A stretch of 62,651 nt of DNA, filler included, from Choristocarpus tenellus KU-1152 (taxonomy: Eukaryota > Protista > Phaeophyceae): assembly GCA_964200185.2 (NCBI GenBank). It is 11 parts of 11 records of this genome, joined end to end, with 100 filler letters (N's around TTAATTAATTAA, not from the genome) between each part and the next. Parts side by side here need not be neighbours in the genome. Positions count along the whole stretch, not along the records: positions 54,356 to 58,616 come from CAXNAD020015426.1; positions 58,717 to 62,651 come from CAXNAD020017060.1; 9 more parts are not named here. One strand, given 5' to 3'. Positions 54,256 through 62,651 of this stretch are shown one piece after another. A program made the position numbers and the translations under genes. The first letter of the stretch is position 1; every line of letters starts with the position of its first letter. The notes under the pieces are model-generated. The model saw only the letters and a program-made list of their open reading frames with translations. It searched no databases and was not told the DNA's origin.

Positions 54256-55912
54256 NNNNNNNNNNNNNNNNNNNNNNNNNNNNNNNNNNNNNNNNNNNNT
54301 TAATTAATTAANNNNNNNNNNNNNNNNNNNNNNNNNNNNNNNNNNNNNNNNNNNNGGGTGGTGTGATGGATATATATTTTTTTTTTTTTTTTTTCCCCTC
54401 CTCTTGGGGTCCCTCCCTCCCAATTTTCTCAATTAAAAAAAAAAAATGGTCGTCGTTTTTTTTTTTTTTTTTTTTTTTTTTTTCCTTTTTTCTTTGTGAT
54501 ATTTATTTAATTTTTTTTTTTTTTTATTTTTTTTTCCCTGCTCTTTGTTCCCCTCCCTGCCTATTTTGTCAATTAAATAAAAAAATTGTTCGTCGTGATT
54601 TTTTTTTTTTCTCGTCTCTTTTTCCGTTGCACTTTGTGAAAGAAATACAATACGTTTCATTGAAAAAGTTTTTATTTTATTTTATTTTAATGTATCTTGA
54701 AAAAAATATGTTTTTACAGTGGTGCTTTAAGTTCCAATTATCAAAATTTTAAGAGTTTTTTTTTTTAATGTTGACCGACTGCCTTGCCGTATAACCAACA
54801 ACGTAAGTATGTATTTGTGTGTTACATACCTTATAGCTGCAGTGTTTTATGTCACACCCATCTCTTCAAGCTCAGTGAGATTATGAGATTAGGATCGATA
54901 CAGTATGTACCAGAGCCTCCTGCTGCATTGGGCCACAGGGGTAAATATACCCTTTCCATGTTACACCCTTTCACGAACGAGAAGTCGTAGCAGTCGATTT
55001 TTTTTTCTTTTCCAGGCAAGTGCTTTGTTAACAGACGCAGAGTGAGTTAATCACGTGATGCATTGATGCACTCAATTAACTTAGAGTCTTAGAGTCAAAC
55101 GTTATGCGCATTGTGCGGTATTTGAGGTGAGGGAATGGCTGAGCTCCAGGGGGGNNNNNNNNNNGGTGATGGTGCGACGGGTTGGGGGGGGGTGGGGGGG
55201 GGGAGCTAATTTCTGCGAAGTTTAATGATTGTCGGTTTCAGTTCGTTGTGGTTAATAAAAATCGAGGTTTGTAGTGATTCAATCAAATGTAAGATTCGTG
55301 TGGCTAGACCTTACTTTAAAAAAAACGCGTAGAGTGTAAGTTAATGGTGAACAAGAAAGAAATGTTTTCGATGGTAAAGAGTATATCGAATCCAACATTC
55401 GGGGGAGGGCTAGACCCTTCGAAACGCCTGTAGCGTAATTTAGAGTTGATCACCGTTAGAATAGATGCCGACAGTAAGAAATAAAATAGAAAATCTGTAT
55501 TAAATAAAATAGATGCCGCTGGCTTTTGCCACGGTGTAAAAAGAGATGAAAAAAAATAAAACGAATCTGCGATTTAAAAAAAATAAATAAATCGATTTCG
55601 TTGTCCGTTTTGTTTTTTTGAGAACACCATATATATATATATATATATATATCTTTATCTGTATGTATTTGTCGCCTCCTCTCCCTCTCTCTCCCCGACG
55701 TACTCCAGAGGAAAAAAAATAAAAATAATTATAATAATAGTACACATGACTTTTTTATGTTTATTTTTAATTTCTCTGATTTGGTTTCGTTGTATTCTTT
55801 GTATTCCTTCTCTTTCTTTTTTGAACACTTCAAAAAAAAAAAAGAGAACATTTTACTAGCGGAGGTTGAAAGGTTACCCTCTCTTTTGTGCATGCTTGCT
55901 CTCCTCGGGCAG

Positions 55913-58038
55913 GCGGCCTATGAGACTCTTATCGGGGCTGGAATAACCTTTTTTGACACGTCTGATGTCTATGGGTACAAGTCCAGTGAGGAGGGTTACA
56001 GTGCTGAGCACTTGTTGGGAAAGTTTAGTGCTGGCAGGGCTAAGGTGTGTGTGTGTGTGTGTGTGCACGTTTTTTGGTTCTTGTGATCCTACTTTTTTTT
56101 TTGCTTGAGAAAAAACATACACCACTCAGAGATATATTTTCTTCCTAATTTGGAAAATTTAAAAAAGAGATGAGTTGAACCTTACTGCGATTGTCTGAAC
56201 TATTTTTTTTTATTGTGTCTGAGTGTGTGTGTGTGTTTATTATTGGTCTATTTTTTATTTTTTATGAGTGTATAATTTTTTTTAGTTGAATTTCTGTTGA
56301 TCAAAAGGCATGTTTGGGCCCTCTGTGACTGCCTTCTGAGTTTGATTTTGTATGTGTGTGGAGGATTGCCATGTATTCAGGAAAGGCAAAATCTTGATCT
56401 GAAAGCACTCTCCATATCCACCATACTCCTGATGGGTGCTGCTTGCCTTTAAGGCATGGAAATGGCTTGTCAGGCACATCACTTCGTAAAGTTTCCCTGC
56501 AATAAAAACTTCCAAAATCCATTGTCCTCTGGGTTACCTTTTGGCTCTGGTCGTACCTTGCAAGTGTATCATTATTGATTGTTGTCTTTCTAGTATACCC
56601 TCGTGGTAAAAGATGCCTAACCCTAGCCCTGTGTTCCAGATGGCTTCACTTTTTTCCTTTTTCTCCCACCACTACTACATAATGTATATTCATATTAAAA
56701 AAAAAGAAGTGATCTGGCGGTTTGTAAAGCTCACTTCATTTTATTTGTTTCTCATTTAATTAAATACTGCCTTTTTCATTCCAGTAGTTCACATCCATCA
56801 ATGAGACTGGTATGAGATAGTACTGGTCGGTATTGGTTTATTTCGACTCAAATCAATCGGGTTGATTCTTTTCTTCTTCTCCTCAGGTACTATTTTTTTT
56901 TTTCTGTCAAAAATATTTATCATCAACATTAATTGAAAATTAATTTTCGATTTGATCCTTTTTTCTCTTTCTTTGTGTGTGTGTGTGTGTGCGTACTATA
57001 CGACTGACTGAAAATATCCTCTCAGCCGCCTTGCCCTTTCTGTCCTTTTTTTTCCCCCCCTCTCTCACACTGTGTGTTCGCATTTTGATTCGATTGAACG
57101 ACCCCGTGAGAACATTTAGAGCCGGTGCAATTGAATCTACCATGAAGTACTTACAAACTATTTCGATTCAGAACACTCTATTATTATTATTATCATTTAC
57201 TTTTTTATTTTTTAGTGTCAAAAAACGTGAAAAAAGAAACGAAAAAGATTTTTCATCTCCTCCTCCTCCTCCATCTCACTGAGATATTGCCCCNNNNNNN
57301 NNNTTTTTATTTAAAAACAGCAACAAAAAGAAAAAAAAAATTTTTTTTCCCCCCCCCCCCCCCCCCCTCCCCTTGAGATTTTCCCCCCCCCCCCCCCCCG
57401 TACGACATTGAGCAACGCCTTCCTTTGAATATTTTGTGACAAAATAAGGTGAGGCCGATGGTATCTGCCAAGTACATGCCAGTACTCTGGACAAACTTCC
57501 TCATAGGAGGTCCGTTCCGTGCAGGGAGGGGGGCGGTGACCAAGGCGCTAGAAGGAACCTTGAGGAGGGGGGGATGGGATAGTGTCGATCTGTACCAGGT
57601 TTGATTTCGTTGTAACAATGTATGTGTGTGTATCTATGTAAGAACGTATGTGTGTTTGCATGTATGCGTTTTTGTGTGTATGTGTGTACTTTGTGGGAAA
57701 GGCACCTCATGAGGTAACCACTTTATATACACCTGGTTCTGATGCACTCACACCTCCTTGACCACCTACACACATCACTCAGAATTTAGTTGTTTTTTTT
57801 GAAATTTATTTCTTGTTCGGGAGGGGCGTGTGTGTGACACTGGTCTGACCTGACCTGGCCTGATCTGATCTGCCCATCTGTCTCTGATGATAGCCCATCG
57901 ATTGGTTTGTTGTATGTTCAGGTTCACTTCCCATTCCCATACTTGGGGGGAATGGATGCACTAGCAGAAGGAATGGCCAGGGTGTGCCAGAAGGGCCTCT
58001 GTCGGTCAGTGGGGGTCAGTAACTTCAATGCAAACCAG
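55913..58038 (+). CDS. Aldo-keto reductase, partial; exons 55913-56044, 57449-57598, 57922-58038
   Basis: Phase-0 joins give GITFFDTSDVYG (catalytic D and Y), VSAKY (K), DSVDLYQVHFP (H) and GLCRSVGVSNFNANQ (AKR signature). Confidence 0.95.
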
Positions 58039-58426
58039 GTATAGTGTGTGTGTGTGTGTTTTGTGATTTTTGGATTGTGTGTGTATATACAGAGCTATAT
58101 CTGTATTTTGTGTATTTTAAATGTGTGTGTGAGTGCGTGTGTGTGAGTGCGTGTGTGTGAGTGCGTGTGTGTGTTTTGTGATTTTTGGATTGTGTGTATA
58201 TACAGAGCTATATCTGTATTGTGTGTTATTTTACATGTGTGTGTGAGTGCGTGTGTATGGTGTATGGTGTATGGTGTATGTTTGTGGTGAACTGTCGGTT
58301 GGTTGGTTGGTTGGTTGGCTGTGACTTGGCCTATCAGGTGGGTGATGTCAAACAGAAGTGTCGAACAGAACGAAGTTGGTATGATTCGATTAGGTTATTA
58401 CAGAACAGTATTTTCGCGGTGGGACT

Positions 58427-58574
58427 GACTCTAAGTATCTGGGGGAGGGGGGGGCTGTCCATTCAGGGACCATTTTCCCATGTTGTGATTTTTGGGTGAT
58501 TTGGTTGCATGTGTTGGATGGATAATGTATGCGCACTTCTCCTGGTCAGGGCCTGAATGGACACCCTGGTGTAG

Positions 58575-58616
<42 letters not shown>
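58427..58616. mobile_element. Sola-like MITE (long subfamily), truncated at poly-C contig end
   Basis: gactctaagtatctgggggagggggggctgtccattc...aatggacaccctggtgtagacccc, similar to 62497-62651. Confidence 0.75.
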
Positions 58617-58716
58617 NNNNNNNNNNNNNNNNNNNNNNNNNNNNNNNNNNNNNNNNNNNNTTAATTAATTAANNNNNNNNNNNNNNNNNNNNNNNNNNNN
58701 NNNNNNNNNNNNNNNN

Positions 58717-59450
58717 CAGTAGCAATACCAAAATTTCCAGACTCAGTGCCCTGTATTTATTTGCGTTTCCAATCGTGTACACACCAGCTGTCAGCAGTGG
58801 TAACACCAGCATTATTCAGTTCAATGCCCTGTGTCTTTCACCTTTACAATCGTGTACACACCAGCTGTCAGCAGTGGTAATATCAGCATTTTCATATCCG
58901 ATGCCCTGTATTTATTTGCGTTTCCAACCGTGTACACACCAGATGTCAGCAGTGGTAATACCAACATTTTCAAATCCGATGCCCTGTATTCATTACCTTT
59001 TCCACCGTGTACACACCAGCTGTCAGTAGTGGTAATACAAACATTTTCAAATTCGCTGCCCTGTATTTATTACATTTCCAACAGTATCCACACCACCTGT
59101 TAGCAGTGGTAATATCAACATTTTCAAATTCGATGCCCTGTATTTATTACATTTACAACCGTGTACACACCACCTTTCAGCAGCGGTAATATCAGCATTT
59201 TCATATCCGATGCCCTGTATTAATTACCTTTACAACCGTGTACACACCGCCTGTCAAGGGTGGTAATACCAACATTTTCAATTCGATGCCCAGTATTTAT
59301 TACATTTCCAACCGTGTACACAACACCAGCTGTCAGCAGTGGTAACACCAGCATTTTCAGATTCGATTACCTTTATATTTATTACCTTTATTATCGTGTA
59401 CACACCAGCTGTCAGCAGTGGTAACACCAGCAATTTCAAATTTGATGCTC
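58717..59450. repeat. Minisatellite, ~77-bp unit, about 9-10 copies
   Basis: gtgtacacaccagctgtcagcagtggtaataccaacattttcaaattcgatgccctgtatttattacctttccaacc recurs at 58775, 58852, 58930, 59007 and onward. Confidence 0.95.
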
Positions 59451-59701
59451 TATGTTAGAGGGCACGAGTTTTTCGCTGGTTGTCCTTTGGGGTTTGGCTG
59501 CCGACGGGTTTTCAACGACATTGTACTTACTCGGAAATGTTTTGGAGAAGTACAATGTCTATATTATGGAAAGGTGTGTTCGGAAAGAGGACATTGACAT
59601 CTCCGAACAATCAATAATGATGGCAAGAATTACAGCAAAAATGCAACATTTGAATTCGGCCGCCAAATGGACGCGGCCCTACCCCTAAGATATTTCGATC
59701 C
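59449..59701 (+). mobile_element. Sola-like MITE, degenerate
   Basis: tatgttagagggcacgagttttt...ccaaatggacgcggccctacccctaagatatttcg aligns with 9311-9570. Confidence 0.75.
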
Positions 59702-60069
59702 GCACCCATGATACCAACCCTAGCCCTAACCAAAATAAATCGCCTACATTTTGAACACTAATCCCAGTCCACCATTTACAGATTCACCTTGCATCGAACA
59801 CGTCAACGTAGAATCAATTCAACGGCTTTCATCTGAAACGACTACAGCGAATTCGACCGAACTTTTTTCCGAAAAAATTGGAACATGTGTTGCAGTCACA
59901 TATGTTGGGAGTAATCAGACAACTGATCCGAAATAGAAGCAAGATTCCACGATGTAATTTCACGCACCGCAACATCCGTCTTTCCATGGTGACGTGGTAA
60001 CACCTTCAATACGCACGTGTAAGAGCTCCGATACTATTGGAACGTTTCCGATAAGGTTCGTACCGGAAA

Positions 60070-60705
60070 TGGACATACACACCCCCCAACCGTCTTGCCG
60101 CGCTTTGGAATTTTGATGGCCTTTACCGTTCGACAGAACACATCAAATTCATTCATTACTATCTTCCTTATGTCAAGCACAGACCTGCGCATGGTTGCCC
60201 TCCCGACATCCTACCTGGGTCAGCGCATAAATTCCTTTCATCTTAATCTTTCACTTTCGCGGTTCGACGTAATGTTTTCCTGCTCAGGATTACTGTTTCA
60301 AATCGACACACACACCCCCAACAGTCTTGCCGCGCTTTGGATATTGATAGCCTTTACCGTTCGACAGAACACATCAAAGTCATTCATTACTATCTGCCTA
60401 ATGTCAAGCATAAACCTGTGCATGGTTGCCCTCCCGACATCTAACCCAGGTTGGCACGTAAATTCCTTTCATCTTCATCTTTCACTTTCGAGTTTCGACG
60501 TAAATGTTTTCCTGCTCAGGATTACTCTTTCAAATCGACACACACACACCCAACAGTCTTGCCGTGCCTTGGATATTGATGGCCTTTACCGTTCGACAGA
60601 ACACATGAAACTCACTCGTTACTTTCTTCCCTATGTCAAGCACAAACCTGTGCATGATTGCCCTCTCTACATAGTACCTTGGTCGGCGCGTAAATCCTTC
60701 CCGTC
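60070..60705. repeat. Tandem repeat, ~233-bp unit, ~2.7 copies
   Basis: acacacccccaac(c/a)gtcttgccgcgctttgg...tttaccgttcgacagaacacat recurs near 60077, 60309 and 60543. Confidence 0.92.
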
Positions 60706-61796
60706 TGCGTCCGGTATTGGTGCGTTGTCATATTCAAATATTCATCCCATGTCGACCAGGTTTACCGTTCGATATATATATATTAGTAAATATCGACCTT
60801 CGAGGAAAGCGCTACGCCGTCCTCATGTCCACAGCATCGTTACCCTGAACACCAGCGACGCATACACAGACAAGAAACTACATCATTGTACAACATCGCC
60901 ATACGTTAACATCCAAACATGGTTCCCTACACCAAACACACAACCTAGACTCTCACAGATCCTACCGACGTTTGACAGTTTCACAACGAACATTGTCACA
61001 GGGTTCTCTGGCTTTATATGTTGCGAAGGTGCTGGTCGAACAGATTGATTCATACTTTCGCTGTGTTGCACCGATCGACAGAACCCGGCAAAAGAAGGGA
61101 AATTATGTCGCGGTTACATGCTAGTCCTATACGCGTCCTCTTCACCCTATGTTACCAGCCCTATTTGTCTTCCTGATTTACGGGCTCGAATAATCCCCCC
61201 AAGTTCAACGAACCGCAAGTACTCTAATCCATTCATCCTTTCCTCAGCCCCTGCCTCCTCCTCTGTATCCCGCCTTGCTTACTCCTTCTCACCAACTTCT
61301 ACCTCATCCCTTGCCTCCTGACGCTAACACCTCCTCCCGTTGTTTTGACTCCTACTTCGCCATATCCTTTGCCTAGTCCTCCACCATCACAGAGATAACA
61401 CGAGTCACAAACATTGTGATCACGCCAGACAAAAACGACACGTCCGAGCGCGACCTTGACAAGTTCAAGCCCGAAACGAGCGCCACCCACGAGGGAGAAG
61501 TCGCCCTTCTCCTGACCCGACCAGGAGGCATGGTAATCACATGCACCGCCCTCGGGGACAACCTCGATCCGGATCGTATCAAACTCCTCATGGACGAACT
61601 CTCCACCTTCCGCAATTTTGCACTGGTGAAGATACCGGTAGCTGGCGGCGTATCCACGGCTATACCTTGTGGAAGACCCAGCCCACCAGGTGATGAAGAG
61701 GAACAAGACAACCCGTCGCCTAGCCCTGCAGCAGGTACGGGAAGCAGGACTCTACAAGGGGGGAGGCATACAATCACACCCTCAGAACACGACGCT

Positions 61797-62440
61797 GAAG
61801 GCAATGGGGACTGACCTATTTGTAAATCTTTGTCAGGTCCAGAGAAACTTGCACAGGAGGACGTGAGGGGGCGGCTAGGCAGGGACTCAGAGTCCACGCC
61901 TGTCAGGAGTGACCCATGCATGTCCCCAAACGCTCGTTCGGTGGGCAGTGGCGGCGATAAGTCCAATGTGCCAGGGAACACCTACCGCGATACTGTGGGG
62001 CGAAGTGAGAAACACGCCCATGCTCATCCAACCAAAAGACCGAGGGACAAGCCTTCCATGAAAGGTAACAGAAAGAGGAAAAGGACGATATTTCAGAAGA
62101 ACTGGTTGAGAGAAGACTCTGAAGGCAATGGGGACCGACCCGATTGGAACGCTTTGTCAGGTCCAGAGGAACTTGTAAAGGAGGACGTGGGTGGGCGTTC
62201 AGGCACGGACTCAGAGTCCACGCCTGTCGGGAGTGACCCTGGAATGTCCCCAAACGCCCATTCGATGGGCAGCGGCGGCGACGAGTCACAAGTGACAGGG
62301 AACACCTACGACCATACGGTGAGGCGAAGTGAGAACCACGTCCATGCTGATCCTACCCCAACTCCGAAGGACAAGCCTTTTGAGAAGGGCAAAGGAAAGG
62401 GGAAAAGGATGCTAATTAGGGAGAAGAGGGTGAGAGAAGG
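61797..62440. repeat. Tandem duplication, 324-bp unit, in an open low-complexity frame
   Basis: gaaggcaatggggac starts at 61797 and 62121; SGPE.L..EDV.GR.G.DSESTPV.SDP.MSPNA.S.GSGGD.S.V.GNTY occurs twice in ORF 61830-62600. Confidence 0.9.
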
Positions 62441-62496
62441 TGCTGGACGGATGAGACCCTTCAAACAGCCTCATGGTCCTGATGGCAGCGCTTTAG

Positions 62497-62651
62497 AGGC
62501 TTTAAGTATCTGGGGGGCGTGGCAGCTGTCCCTTTGGGGTCATTTTTTTCTTGTCGTGATTTTTGGGTGGTTTGTTGCATACGTCGGATGGATAATGTAA
62601 ATACACTTTTCCTGATTTTGGTCCAAATGGACACCCTGGAGTAGACCCCCC
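62497..62651. mobile_element. Sola-like MITE (long subfamily), truncated at window end
   Basis: ggctttaagtatctggggggcgtggcagctgtccctttggggtcattttttt...ttttggtccaaatggacaccctgg is the reverse complement of 13815-13971. Confidence 0.8.

Noticed and set aside
26051-58616. Apparent cluster of PPR, channel-like, SLC26, repeat-protein and AKR genes
   Set aside because: Each is on a separate contig joined artificially, so no linkage can be inferred.
58717-59450. Regularly spaced repeats resembling a CRISPR array
   Set aside because: The whole 77-bp unit repeats with no unique spacers, there are no cas genes, and the context is eukaryotic; it is a minisatellite.
60095-61048. 317-aa ORF
   Set aside because: Mostly read-through of the ~233-bp tandem repeat, with the frame shifting between units; not protein-like.
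1-62651. Fanzor/TnpB, rRNA or tRNA genes
   Set aside because: No RuvC plus zinc-finger motif series and no structural RNA signature seen by eye; tRNAscan/Infernal/HMMER would be needed to exclude them fully.

Overview
Eukaryotic, intron-rich, repeat-dense DNA. It is most consistent with a fragmented draft of a brown alga or related stramenopile; this is an inference from gene structure and TE types. The window is not one locus. It is 11 contigs joined by artificial 100-bp spacers (N44-TTAATTAATTAA-N44), so cross-contig neighbourhood means nothing. Most ORFs in the supplied track are spurious or single exons. Spliced host genes I could rebuild by hand: (i) a >1,200-aa minus-strand gene of at least 18 exons (35706-49776) made of about 8 tandem bacterial-adhesin-like beta-sandwich repeats, the most interesting object here; (ii) a partial SLC26/SulP anion transporter; (iii) a partial aldo-keto reductase; (iv) a partial PPR protein; (v) the 3' end of a gene with a channel C-linker-like segment; plus low-confidence exons in contigs 1 and 2. 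Mobile DNA: a frameshifted Ty3/gypsy element with LTR and inverted LTR copy, a heavily decayed gypsy pol, a decayed and scrambled Helitron Rep, RLE-type (CRE-like) non-LTR 3' ends with a dispersed hairpin+(AAT) tail, and a Sola-like MITE family with clear 4-bp TSDs. Several minisatellites and tandem duplications are also present. I found no CRISPR array, rRNA, tRNA or prokaryotic operon.
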